Assembly (NCBI GenBank): GCA_000320545.1
Contig: ADNK01000816.1
Coordinates: forward strand, 42,570 to 106,569
Reading direction: 5' to 3'
Length of the DNA: 64,000 bases
Source: Bigelowiella natans CCMP2755
Taxonomy: Eukaryota > Protista > Cercozoa
In this document: piece by piece, positions 13,697-27,227 of the stretch
Layout: the number at the start of each line of letters is the position of its first letter
How positions within the stretch are numbered: position 1 is the first letter of the stretch
The notes under the pieces: model-generated
Database searches by the model: none
What the model saw: the letters and a program-made list of their open reading frames with translations, nothing else
What the model was told of the DNA's origin: nothing
Made by a program: the position numbers and the translations under genes

Positions 13697-15073
13697 ATGT
13701 TGCGACGGTCCCCCCGGCGACGGTTGACATCACAACGCCTGGCAACTGTATTCATTGCAGCGCTTGTTCTTTCAGCCGCATATATTGCAACGATGCCTCA
13801 GATCCCGGGCAAGAATGTGCAGGCCAGCTTCGGTAATCACTACAAGAGAGACAGCACCATTAACAATATTTTACAAGAGTGGACGCACAAACTATTATCG
13901 TTATAAACCACAATCCTTTCCTCCTCCCCACTCCCGTGAATTCTGTTCGCGTTGTTGAGAGTACGTGCTTGTTGAATCAAGGTGGCCTGATGCGGGATTC
14001 AGACTGGATCTGGCCGCCGGTGGTAATCACGGCCCTCGCAGGACTGTTGTACTGGAAGTATAGACCGCCAGATATGGGAAATGTTATCGATGTGAGGGAT
14101 GAGAAGGAGCTCGTCGGTTACATCACGGTCGCTTTTTGCTCTCTCTACCTCTCTGATTTCATCCTTTTTAAATTGTTTGTTTTTAATAACTTAATATGCA
14201 GAGATCTTATGAGAAATGTGATAACATTATAACTTAGTAAAGTATTTTGTATCTTATTTGTTCAATTCTATCTTATATGAGCAGAATCCAGAGGGGAAAA
14301 CAGTCGTAATCGACTTCACAACTGATGCCTGCCCATATTGTGGGATAATCGCGCCAGTGTAAGTGAGAGAGAGAGAGAGAGAGGGAGAAGAGGGGTGGCA
14401 AGGAGGGCGGGAAAAAAAGATATAAGCATCGAGATGCATCATCATTTCTTGATTTTGCCACTAACTGGATGAAAAATTCGACAATAAACAGCTACGGAAG
14501 GCTAAGTAAGCTGCCGAAATATAAGGATAAGGCTATATTTTTGTCGGTAGGAAGATGATGCAAGTCATATTGATCAGCTTTGCTCAAAGGCATTCAATAA
14601 CCTATGTTGCAAACAATAAATACATACAGGTTGACGCGAGGAAGTTCCAGCAAGTGATGGTTGAGGCCGGTGTTCAGGCAACACCGACGTTTGTTTTCTA
14701 CAAAAACATGAAGGTGGGAGAGAGTGGATCTTATTATTATGTGTTGTATGCATCGTCTCCTTGCATCGCTAACATTCCATCACATCGTCTTAACTAGGTT
14801 GTGCAAAGGATGGCAGGTCCTCCAGCAGATAAATTGGAGAAGTACTTTGACGCGTTAATACTGTCCCAAAAGAAGACGAAAAAGAAGAAGAATAGCAATA
14901 AAGATGCTGCAGTAGCATCAGGAGGTTCCGCGGCGGCTGGACAAGCAGCCCCCTCTACAAACCCTTCTGTAGATGGAGCGGAAGCTGCAGTCAAAGCTGG
15001 TGAGGCAATGCAACCCTCTGTCGCAATAGAGAGCACCGATGATACAGCTAACGCGGGGAGAGCATCGAAGTAA
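13697..15073 (+). CDS. Membrane-anchored/targeted thioredoxin-domain protein (active site ACPYC)
   Basis: Hydrophobic N-terminal segment and a second TM segment, then VVIDFTTDACPYCGIIAP, VDARKFQQVMVEAGVQATPTFVFYKNMK and VVQRMAG; stop at 15071-15073. Confidence 0.8.
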
Positions 15074-15539
15074 GTCAATGTACCCAAGAATCATGAAGCG
15101 CCAAGATATTGCCAAAGAAAGGACATCGTTAGGGCGGTAAAAATAGAATACGGCTGACGTTATACATCAAATTGATTAGCCAAAACCTCGCGAAATAGCA
15201 GGATATTACTCGCATGTGGAATGAGGCGTGCAGCAGGCATAGACGCAGGATGCATGTGTTTTTTAGTACATGCTACTAGTAGGCTACATAGCTAGATCGT
15301 ACGCAGCTTATGCATTAACAAATGTCTTTGTCGATCACGACCCTTTTTCTACATGTATTCATTACACCCGTCTGCTCTAGTAGCTAGTAGTGCTGCGTAC
15401 GCATGCTAGCTAGCTAGGCTCATCTAATGCGTGCATCTGTTATACGTTGTCGTACGCCCTGCGGACCGACTACATGCTACTAGCCTGCATAGATCGCAAC
15501 TAGCAGCCAGCTCTCTGATGGGGTACAATGCCAATGTAT

Positions 15540-15583
<44 letters not shown>

Positions 15584-15814
15584 TCTAATACATACATAGA
15601 TGGATGTATGTATATAAAGCAATAGGGGGTGCTATTTCAAGTCACTATTCGACTGGCCGCGTGATGACTGTGCTTGCTGTCATGGCAGACGTGGCATTCA
15701 AATCGAAATTCTAAGCAATAGCCACAGAATCGTGTTTCATCTACATCCGCGGACAACGTACAGAAGCTCAGCGAGAGACGAATACGTTTTTCGCAATGTG
15801 GTGAGAGCTCTAAT

Positions 15815-16857
15815 TTACTCATCATCATCTTCATCCTCATCCTCATCTTCATCCTCATCCTCATCATCGTCTGCAGGCTATTGTATCATCATACAAAAAT
15901 ATTCAGGTCGCAAGAAAAGTACCAGGTAAGTGAGTGTTTTACCTTCACTGGGTTTTCGCCGAATACCTTCTTTACAGGCTTTCCTTCAAGAAGAAGATTA
16001 AGTTGGTCTTCCATGACGCTCATGTACTGTGGAGCCGTAGCACCGAGCTCAGAGTGCTGCTGGTGCCAAACAACCTTTCCGCCCTTGATAACGAAGCAGT
16101 GGGGAACGCTCAAAATGGCACGCATCTTCATAGACAAGGCCTGCTTGATCTTTCCACCCTTGTCGAATGCAATAGCGAACTTGGTTGGGTGTGCGTGTGA
16201 GTACTTTTTCTTTGGGTCCTCAATCCATTTTTTAGCGTAACTAGTGTCTGGATCAGTGGAGAGTCCGACAACGACGAGCTACATTGTTAGCAAAAAGGAT
16301 CATTAGACAGTGTGTTAGGCATCGTATAATAAGAGAAATATCAAAAACCAAAAGGTAGGTGGTTCTAAGAGATCTTCTCGTAAATTAAGATGATTTAATT
16401 TGACGTTAAAATGGCCTGATTCCCTACCTTATCTCCATAACCCTCTGCAAGCTTAGTATACAGGTCAATCTTAGGGTAGCAAGCTTTCTGGAACTGAGCC
16501 CATACGAAGAGAACAAGGACTTTGTCTGCATTGTGGTGAGGGTAGTCCTTTGCATCAGTCAAATACTCCATTGTTGAAAGGTCCGGAGCCTGGGGGGGAC
16601 ATCAGAATATGAACCATTCGTGTTATTCCAACAAACACACACATAGAAAAACAATAGACTATTTGGATTTATTCATGTTTTGACTAATTACGAATGAATT
16701 TCGAACAAATAGGACCGTCGTCCCCTGCCTGTTCTTAAAGAAAGTTTTGTTGAAAATTGCTTACATCCTCGCCGAGAATGCGATCATCATCCCAGGTCTT
16801 GAACTTATCCTTTCCTTTAATTTTATCCGGCTCGAACAAACGCTTTCCCTCCGACAT
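15815..16857 (-). CDS. TlpA/AhpC-TSA-like thioredoxin-fold protein with acidic tail
   Basis: APDLSTMEYL..VLVLFVWAQFQKACYPKI..LVVVGLSTD..FAIAFDKGG..VPHCFVIKGGKVVWHQ; last exon PADDDEDEDE..* (stop 15815-15817). Confidence 0.8.
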
Positions 16858-17616
16858 GATACTTCTTCTCTGCGAGTGGGAAAAAGCAAATGTGAACCTT
16901 CCGTCATCGAAATTTCGTTGCATTCCGAAATTGCAACACGCATGAACATAGTCTTGATGACAACTTCTCATTTTCCCTTCCCCTTATTCCCCCCTCGCAT
17001 AGGGTCGATGAAATAGTGCAAGAAGATCTTTCCAAAATTATGAAATAGAATGAATCGGTGGAAGAAAGGGTGGGGGGGGCAGAAGTCCGTGCCTGGTGGT
17101 AGAGAACCTTCACGTATTCAGAATATGACTGCTGCAGCGCAATTTCATTTAAAAGAAATCCCCTAATATTTTGCCTATTTTCGACCGTACCAGCGGATAA
17201 ACAACACTTTTCTCGGTACATCTTCGAATGACACGCGCCATATTTGTTACTGGAAAGCGTGCAAGATGAATAAGATATATATGTGTTACCTAATGTGGAC
17301 AGCAAATCTCAAAAATGTGATATTTTAGCAAGAATAAAAGGAGAAAAGGTAAAAATAAGGTAAATCAGGCCAGAGCGAGCATCGTATCTGAGTGCACAGG
17401 AGCTGGGGTTTGAACATACGAACAAAAAGGGGTAATTGCTTGGGGTTGAGTTGATCCGACATCGTGGAAGTCAAGACGTAGGTTCGCTGCAAAAGAAGGC
17501 GCAAAAATTCTCCGGAGGAACTACACAGCTGTCGTCGGTGGGTGTTATCCTGCGAATATCTTTGAAAATAAATGTCATGCATTTTATACTTACGTCAAAC
17601 TTCAAAAACTAAATAA

Positions 17617-19319
17617 ATGGCGGCTGTACCTGGCCGTATCCGGAGGGCGTCCCGGATGGATGAAAGGAAGAAGCTGAAGGAGTCACCTCTGTTGAGATCA
17701 AGGTCCGACCAGCGACACATGTGGATGGAATTCGACTAAACTCATAATAAAACTCTTCCAGTTCCATTGGCGTCGATTCAATGGATTTCATCACTCTTAT
17801 TCCAAAGATGATGACGTGCCCACGAATTGAATACCTCATCTCTTATGTAGTCCTGTTTTTTAGTCATCTTTCCACATCCACATGTATTCTATCAGGTATA
17901 TGTTTGTAGATGGAGAAGAAGTCATCGACTGCGCCAACAACCAAATGGTAAGTGACCCCCGAATATGCTCTACTTTGCCATTGATGCGGGACATAGAATC
18001 GACAGTAATCCAAGGGGAAGAGAAGTAATATGATACACAATTCTTATGTTCATAGATGGGAGCTTGGGTAGAGGATCCGACATACGATTGCGTTATTGTA
18101 ACGTCGTACGCACTCGCTCGAATTCAAAACGGAAAGGTAGAATGGCGCATGCATGTTTCAGATGCGTAAGTAGTGGCAGCAAGTAGTACTAGAAGTAGCA
18201 AAAACAGTGACACTTAAAGTCGTAGTAGTCGTTGTAGTAGTAGTTGTTGTTTTTTTTGTTTGTTGTTGAGGGGGAGGAGGAGGAGGAGGAGGAGGAGGAG
18301 GAGGAGGAGGAGGATTAAAGAACAAGTGAGCGTATGGAAACTCGATGATTCATGCGCGATTATACACATCAAACACCCCTTAGCTAAATCTGCGAATCGA
18401 CAAAGAAAATGTTCTTGGCGTCTGGATGACTCGTCAGTCAACGGTGTCTCGCCCTCAGGTCAATCAACCGTCGGTTCCCATGAGAATCATGTTGCATCCA
18501 CTGCTGAGCTTTCCCCTGATGGAAATACATCTTCGTGTTTGCGTGCTTCGCATAATTGACTGCTGACAGCTTCATGTCGGCTTGACTGATGGCCGGACCC
18601 GAAAAATTGAAATCCGATTGCTCGACGACTGCAAGCGAATCGGCGGGATCGTGTACCGCTGGGGCAAAGATAACTACGTCCCGCGGTACCGCACCGCCAA
18701 GAAACACCGTGAGGTATCCGTGACGAAGATCCGAATGGAAGGCGCAGATTTGGGGTTCATGATCCCCGGTGCGGTGGTGTGGAAGGACCGTGAATACGGT
18801 ACTAAATTGTTGTGGTGGCGGTGGTTGCAAGCTCCTGTCACTCTAGTTTGATTCACTTTGTGCAGTCTCATCACCATTCATTTAGCCATGCATGGTCTGG
18901 GACTCTACCCCTCCCCCAATCACCCTTCAAATCCCTCAAAACCTCAAGCAGTCCCCCCCTTTCCCTTGTCAAAATATATCGTCGTCGTCCAGTCTTCTCA
19001 CAGGTCCCAGATGTAATGAGCGCAGGCGTGCATCTTCGGCTCCCCCACCGAGCGTTCCGCAGGGGACACGTACCCGTGGTAGAAGTGGATGAACCTGCGG
19101 CCTTGTTCGTAATATTCGAACTCCCAGGGACGTCTTTGACAAGCAGGGGTGATGATGACAACAGGTCCGGTGGCTTTGGCACATCACTTCCCAGGAAAGG
19201 ATGGCAGAAGCTTGCGGGCAAGGCTCCGAAGATCTTAGGGCCCAAGTATGGCGACAAGCAGCAGGTGGTATACTTCAAGGTCGTAGAACCTGGCAAGGTA
19301 TTTCATAAGCACACAAACA

Positions 19320-19355
<36 letters not shown>

Positions 19356-20415
19356 CGCACACTAAATATACGGTGTAAATAATGGTGAGTACTTGCCCCC
19401 TACATAATTGTACAAACATTATTGTGTGTTTTCGGGTGGGGAGGGGATGGGTATAATAATAGGTGTGTCATTTGCATGTACTAATGCATCATCTCTTTGT
19501 ACGCGCTTGGTTCAGATATCCCTGCCAAAAATCGCAACCACGGATACATGTGCCTCCATTGTCGCAAAGTTCGGCCTCAACGGCGCCCCCCCTCCAAAAC
19601 CCGAGGCTGCTGTGAAGGAGGAAAAGGCTAGGAGCAAAGAGCATGGCTACAAATCAAGCTCAGTCGAAGCCGAGAATACGAAGAAGTCCCCCACGCAGGA
19701 GAGCTCTCTGGTTGTCATTAACGACTCGGACGCCAAGAGGCAGGCGTCATCATCATCGTCGTCATCATCATCATCATCGCATCCTACCACGATAGGTGGT
19801 GAGCCCCCCCCCAGCCGCAGCGGCAGTGGCGAACAGGGACGGCAGCAGGTATCATCAGAGCAGAAGAGCAGTGAGAAGGATGGCGGGGGCGAAATGGTGG
19901 CCAAGCAAGCGGCCGCAGCCATAGGAATGTCGAAGCCGAAGCACCTTGGAGACGGCATCGTCTCCGGACTTAAAACTACTGGGACGGGCGTTCTCCTGGG
20001 GCTGGGGTACCTCTGTTACGCGCCATACGCGGGGGCAAAGGAGGACGGCATTAAGGGCTTTGGAGTTGGGCTGGCCAAAGGAGTGGCGGGGGTGGTGGCT
20101 GCCCCCGTCGTAGGCACGTTGATGGGGGTAGGCCAAATCCTCAGGGGGGCCGTCAACACGCCTGGGGCCGTCTCGGCTGGAATCGTAATGATATGCTGCC
20201 ACCGCAATAATGCCGCACTCCTCTGCTCACACGAAAGAAGAAGAAGAAGAAGAAGAAGAAGAAAATGATGATGATGATGAAGAAGGAGAAGAAGAAAGAG
20301 AGGAACACGATGATGATGATGATGATGATGAATATAACGGACACCAAAATTAATTGGGCGAAACATTTGCATGATGATGAGAAGGACAAGGGAAATCAGC
20401 CGCTCGCTCCACACC

Positions 20416-20449
<34 letters not shown>

Positions 20450-21834
20450 TCATTTATCATCATTATCACAGGAGGGGAAAATATGGGACCCTAAGAGCGA
20501 GGAGTGGGTGACCCCAACGCCCTACAACCTTATGGAGAACTACTACCAAATTCTTGACCGAAAAGAGGAGGAGGAAAAGGCGGCCAACGAAGGCGATGGC
20601 GGCAGGTTGCTTGGTAGTAGGAAGGTCAAAGAGACAAAGCTCTACGAGGTGCTGGGTGTCAACACGAATGCGACGCAGAAGCAAATCAGGAAGGCTTACT
20701 ATAAAGAAGCGCTCAAGGTAAAAAATGCACTCTTTTCCCTCCTAATTCTTACCTCCCCCCCTCTCATTCTCTCTTTTCTCTTCCCCCTTCCAGAAGCTCC
20801 CTACACACACACGTAATCGTTCCTGCGACTGAGGCTTTGATCATCCCCCTCCCCAATCCTGCTAATTCCTTCCATTCTCTACCCAGTCGCATCCAGACAA
20901 AAACCCTGACAATCCAGAAGCGAAGACGCGTTTTCAACTTCTCAGCAAAGCATACCAGGTACAAAGGGACCACCGTGGATGATGATGATGATGATGGTTT
21001 ATTATCAGTGTTAGTGCATAACTGCTGCTTCCACTACAAATACCACTACTTAGAAGTAGCTCTACTTGTTGCTTGATCAATTTGTTTGTGGGGGATAGCA
21101 CTAGAATCATCTTCTTGTTGTCGTTGTTCGGAAGTAGTAGTAGTAGTAGTAGGAATAGCATTACCATCATCGTTCAAGGACCCACACGGATTGAGTAAGA
21201 GCGTAGAAACGAAGAACAGCACACAAGCCGATGTTAAAACGCAATCATCCCAACAAGTTCGTTGTATGTTCCCATCTCTCTGTCGACATCCCCCCCCCCC
21301 CCTCGCAGGTGCTATCGAACCCGCAGCTGCGCGCCGACTACGACCGATTCGGGGAGAGCGCCGCGGAGGGCGTGAGATTCGACGTGGTGAGCGCCACGGC
21401 CGTCTTCTTCACAGCGCTCTTCGGATCGGAACACTTCGAGCCTTTTGTGGGCGAGTTCGCGCTAGGCTCTCGGCTCTCGAAAGTGCTGAGCGGCGTCGAT
21501 ATGGAAGGGGATGGGGAAGGGGGGGCGAGTGGAGCCGCCGCCGCCGCCGCCTCATCGTCTGCGGAGCTTCTCGGGGATGAAGCGGACGAGAGGGCGCAGC
21601 AGGAGCGGCAGGTCAAGTGCGCCGTCAACACGCTCGCACTTATCGAGCCCTACGTCAACGGCGAGAAGGAGGGCTTCCAACGGAGTATACGTGAGGTGAC
21701 GGCAAGGCTTGTCAACGCCCCGTTCGGGGCGAAGCTCGTCCGAGCTATGGGCCATGCTTATCAGATCGCAGCGGACATGTACCTCGGCTACGAAACCAGC
21801 TTCATGGGCGTCAAGGTAGTAGTAGTGCGAGTAT

Positions 21835-21878
<44 letters not shown>

Positions 21879-23013
21879 GTCGCCATATATAGTGGATGAT
21901 GATGATGATGATGACAATAGCAACAAAGTATGATGGTAGTTATCCTCACAGCCAGCAACTGCACATCTCACTACTACCATTCCTCATCGGCTTTATTTCT
22001 CAAAACACCCTCTTCCTAATCTCTTCCTAATGACGCAGGGCACGGTAGCTGCCACGTTGAAGAGCGCGCGGAAAATGAAAAAGTCGATATCTCTCGCCAC
22101 GGAAGGCTTCCACGCGGTCCGAGCCGCGTCTCGAATAGCGACTTCTGCCGACGCAGGGCATGCTATGTCCCTCAAGGACCCTGCGGTGGACGCGAAGGTG
22201 GTCTCCGTTGAGGGGCCTCGCATAACGCGGATAGTGAAACTCGAGTCCCAAGACAATATGTATACCGAGCTGCAGATGGATGGAATGGTTGAAAAGATGA
22301 GTGTCGTCAAGGCGTTGTCGGGCGCTAACAGCAGTAGTAGTATTAACAGTAGTAATAGTAAAAGTAATAGTAGTAGTAGTAGTAGTAGTAGTAGTAGCGG
22401 GAGAAGGGACGGAATCGTGTTCGAGGAGGGAAAGAACTACGGGTTCCACAAGCGAGCGATCTGGTGCGACCAAGGGGTTCGAGGCATATTCCGCGTGGTC
22501 GTTAACCGCGACCCTGCTGCCGCTACTGACAAAAAAGAAGACTTTAGCACCCCTATCACCGGTGAAAAAGATGCTGCTGCTAACGAGTACAAGCAGTCGG
22601 GAGGAAACAAGAATGACAGCGCCAGCGCTGAGACAAGTAATGCTGGCGGAGGGGGGGAAGAGATGACCCCAGCTCGCGCTCGTGCGTCTCAGAGGGAATT
22701 GGAAAAGTCCCTGCCCGTTTTCCTGAAAGCGATGTGGGCGTTCACAGAACTAGACGTGAACGACACAATACACGGCGTGTGTAAAAAGCTGTTCTCGGAT
22801 GTAGGGGTGGATTCTGTGACCCGGAGGGAGCGAGCAAAAGGGATAAAGGAGCTTGCGAAGATACTCCTTGAGGCCAAAGCTTCAGGAACAGACAAGGAGT
22901 CCAAAGCCGCCCAAGGTCAATTTTCAGGGGAAGATGCTAAGGGCCACTTTATGAATGCGCTTCAGTTTGCTCTGATGAAAACTACCCAGGAGAACAAGGA
23001 CGACAGTACGTAG
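17617..23013 (+). CDS. DnaJ (Hsp40) protein with DnaJ-X domain, Gly-rich ATG_C/Vps13-C-like segment and long N-terminal extension
   Basis: J domain VKETKLYEVLGV..IRKAYYKEALK|SHPDKNPDNPEAKTRFQLLSKAYQ|VLSNPQLRADYDRFG, then FFTALFGSEHFEPFVGE and X-domain ..LKAMWAFTELDVNDTIHGVCKKLFSD..RRERAKG. Upstream KPKHLGDGIVSG..GIKGFGVGLAKGVAG. The 5' exons (17617-19300) are less certain and could be a separate gene. Confidence 0.85.
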
Positions 23014-23220
23014 CGAAGACTTTGTGTCATGTGGTGCTCGGCATGTGATCTACACTTCATTAGTGAACATCGCAAACCTCAGACGCCAACTTTTAGACTT
23101 GTGCAGCAGTTCCATTTTTTGGCTCGCGTCTGGAGGCAACAACATCTCACTTGACTACAACCATCGCTACAGGACCATTCTAGCATTGCTAGATTTAGCT
23201 GAACAGATGGTAGATCCGAT

Positions 23221-24112
23221 GCGGTGGCACTGATTGTGATGAAGAATTTGTTGCCTGCCTGACACTCAAAACAATGCGTTGCAAAAAAAAATCACAAAAC
23301 AATGTGTTGCATGGTGATCGAAGATGGTTTCGCGCGCCATGCTGGTTCAGTTGCGCAGACATGCATGACATTGCAATCGCCCGAGCCAGTTGGGAGCCTT
23401 TCTCTCTAGCGTTCTAGTCGACAGCTGCGGACGCATGGCGTCACACATGGCGTCTCACAAGCGAAGCGGAAGTGACATGGTGAAGCAGATGATCAAGCGT
23501 AGAGACAACTCTGGACGAACTCATTGTCGTGGAAGATCTAGATGTGACACGTGAACCTGACTAGCTGAGCATTCTGGCATTGCTGAATTGCTGAATTGCT
23601 GAATGTGTCATTCTGTCCTCTGCGTGTTTTCACGTGCTAGCGTGGGTGTCCTGCGAACACATCTAGACGTCCAGGTGTGCCCGAATTTCGCACATTCCAG
23701 CATTGGCTGCTAGCCTGGCTAGCTTGCATAGCTGGGTCACAACACGCACCAGTGAATGCACACGTGCCCAGCGAACAGGTCCAGAGGTTGTGCGCGGAAG
23801 CGTCACACTCTGCTCTCACGTGTTCGTTGTGCGACGTGGTGTTGCGAATTTGCAACATTGCAACGTCAATTGAACGATGGTCAGTGTTCACGTTCGCTCA
23901 CGGCAACGTCGACAGAGCAATGCTGGAATGCCTGTTGGAAGGCCAGAAGGCCCAGAGGTGGCGTGAAAACATGCGCGTTGCCACGGGTGGTGAAAGTGCT
24001 TGGCCAGGTCTAGAGATTGCCAGCTTGACCAATCCTGGCACTTTTGTTCGTGGAGGTGTGAACAGAGGCCAACACCAGCAATGATCAATTTGCATGTCGT
24101 CGTGGAACTTGC

Positions 24113-24152
<40 letters not shown>

Positions 24153-24480
24153 TTTCTCTCTTCTTTCTCTCCGTGACAGTTTGTTCTCACCGGACGTGAA
24201 AGTGCCCAGCACCGATGAGAACGAACGAACGTGCGAACTGCACGATTCCAACGGTGCAGTTCCAGAGTTGAAAGACTCTTCACCACGTCCTCCTCAATCC
24301 ATGATCAACAAAATGAGACCCAATTTCCCCATTTTTTTCCTTTCTGAGAGGCCAGTTGCAGTTCGTGCGTGCTCAGGCACTGAAGTGACGATGACACAAA
24401 AGAAAATGGTCACATGGCAAGACGATGTCGGCTGCAACTTAGTGCACAACATCTTCGGGAGCGCGAGATTTCGACCCTCA
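23221..24480. other. TpA-depleted intergenic tract containing a dispersed repeat copy (24219-24306)
   Basis: Manual count: 13 TA in 1260 bp, 9 of them in CTAG. Confidence 0.9.
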
Positions 24481-24669
24481 GCTTCTTCCGAAAAAAATAT
24501 GCGCACCGCCGTTGTTCCAGTGCGAATTGGAGCTATTTTGAGCCAGATACGGTAAAAATGTAGGACATTTCTCATTTTTATGATCCTCAAAGCCCATCTC
24601 GAACTCTGTGTGCTGCAATCGCTTCACTCACAGCGTGTCCAAAGCTTGCTAGTTGCTCGTTTTTCCGCA

Positions 24670-26301
24670 ATGGGTTTGTGTGCTTCATTGGACATAGATG
24701 ATGGGAGTGCGGAGGCCATTAGGAACAAGAACATTGAGAATCAACTTCAGGAAGAACAGAAAGAAGATGAGGTTTACTTTTAAATACGTTTGTAGCTCAA
24801 CTGTCTAGTACTTTTCTCACAATGGGAATGAGGAGGTGTGCTCATATGTGATATACTAGAAAATATACAAGCTGCTACTTCTTGGGGCTGGAGAAAGTGG
24901 GAAAAGCACGATTCTAAAGCAGGTGACTAGCTCATGTGCATGAAGATGCTGTCCGTGGTAATTTGAATAATCGAAACAAAAATACGAAATCCACAGATCA
25001 TGACCATTTATGGAGATTGGTTTTCCACGAGACAGAGAGAAGAATATTGTGCTGTGGTGCGCTCCAAGACGGTCCTTGCAATGCGTGACCTTGTGAAAGC
25101 AGCAGGGAATTTACTCGAAGCAGAAAAGGATGAAAAGTATCGACTGAAAGACGAGAACGCGCAGCATGTTTCAGTGATAAAGACCTCAGATTCCACTGAC
25201 ATGCCTTCAAATGTCGCTGTGTCCGTAGCGTCACTTTGGAAAGATCCAGCTATAAAAGCTGCTTGGGTGGAGAGAGATCTAATGCCGGACGTCTGGGATA
25301 CCGCAGACTACTTCTTTAACAAGGCAGAGGAGGTTGGCTTGGAAAACTATGTTCCCAGTGAAATTGACATTCTGCGAGTCCGAAACAGGACTACGGGTGT
25401 TGTTGAGAATCACTTTACGATTCACAACTCGGATTTTGCCCTTTATGATGTCGGCGGTCAACGTAGTGAGAGAAAGAAATGGATTCATTGCTTCGAGGAT
25501 GTCACGTGCGTGCTGTTTGTTGCCAACCTCGCTGGATATAACCAGGTGACTATCATAGGAAGCTTGCTTCCATGATTGCCACGCGCTAAAATGCTAGTTT
25601 GTTTCGTAGGTTCTCTGGGAAGACGGGAAAACGAACAGAATATCGGAGGTATAATTTATGTGATCTACGTTGCAAACCAGATCACATACAGCATCAGCAG
25701 TCGATATGCATACCCTTTATGAGTCAGGCTTTGCACCTCTTCGGAGATATCTCTAATTCAAAATGGTTCGTCGGGACAACCATAGTGCTATTCCTCAACA
25801 AGGTCGATATATACAAGGAAAAGATCAGCAAGTAAGAGGCAGCATTTCAGACTAAATGAACTGAGTTTTGAGGTGGCGCTGGTACTCTGCTATAGATTCC
25901 CCATCACGGTATGTCCTGATCTTGCGGACTTTGAAGGCGACACCGATGACTTTGAGGAGACTACAGATTTTATCCAGGAGAGATTCTTTGAGCGTATCAA
26001 GGTGTGTACTCTATCTGAAGCGTGAAAATTCCAGTCTGAATTTGTTGCTGTATGTGTGTGAAGGACAAGTCGAAGAGAGTGCACTCGCATCTAACTTGCG
26101 CTTGTGACAAAGAAAATGTTCTTCATGTCTTCGAAGCGTAAGCTCAGACCAACGCATAATTCACAAACTAGTTTCTTAAAACATTTTGCGACGAGCATAA
26201 TTTGACCCATTGTGTATTTTGATATGCAACAAAGGGTGAAGGACACTGTCTTGCGTCAAGGCCTCCGAGCTGCTGGTTTGATAGATTCGCGAATGCTATG
26301 A
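24670..26301 (+). CDS. Heterotrimeric G-protein alpha subunit
   Basis: MGLCAS (myristoylation/palmitoylation), KLLLLGAGESGKSTILKQ, RTTG, DVGGQRSERKKWIHCFEDV, FLNKVD, TCA; stop at 26299-26301. Confidence 0.97.
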
Positions 26302-27227
26302 GCCAGCATGTTTCACATGCAGAATGTTCTTTGCTCATAGTTTATGTGTTTGTCGATTTTGATTAAATTACATTAAATATTTAAAAGTGCGAAATTTGAT
26401 TCAAATGCGACATTTGGAATTCGAAATGCAAAGCTTTATATAACAAATCGCCACTGTATGGTTGTCTAGATGTATACCGGCTTTACCGCATTGCAGCCAC
26501 CAATGCGATTGTTTGTATGTGGCGATAAACATCGTATGCTCAATGCTAACTTGATTGCTGACCCATTGCATGACTGAGCTGAGTGCGCACGGATGAATGA
26601 TATCAACGTGGATTACATGCATCGATCTCGCAGTACGATTATATGACATAGGTGATGCTTGTCAACAATGAATTGAGAAGTCTGAAGCTAGACACGTTGC
26701 TATGTATGCGCTTCCTTAGTTCACCACGGCGACAACCCCTAGACCCAGCCATGTCACGTTGCGCGCAGCGATGTGTAGAGCTATGCATTGTACGATCACT
26801 AGGTCAGGCTGTGGCGCTGCGGATGTTCGATTCACGTCTCGCGTTACGTTTGGCTCGTCGCATCCACTGTGTTGCGACATGGGACCGCCGATTGACGAGA
26901 TTGGCCGAAATAGTCCTTGAGGGTCGTGGTTGCTGGGCTAGTGGAGACTAGCTTTTCGCTCTCTGACGTGCATATCTAGATATGGGGCAGCATATTACAG
27001 GTTCATGTGCAGATGCGTCTAGGCGTGTGCAACGTCACTACACGCAACATTGCATCGCCTTTGTTTTTCGGTTATATTAAAGTCCTTAAATCGTTTTTCG
27101 CGTCCAGATCGAGTGACCGCATAGATCTTGGTACTCAGCCTGTTCTATGCATGTGACCGCATGTGTACCGCTCATGCCTAGCTGCTCGCCATGAAGTGAC
27201 GGAAGTAATAATGCCAAATAAATAACT

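Noticed and set aside
16470-16510. Possible selenocysteine in the TlpA-like active site
   Set aside because: The codon at the first Cys position is CAG (Gln), not TGA.
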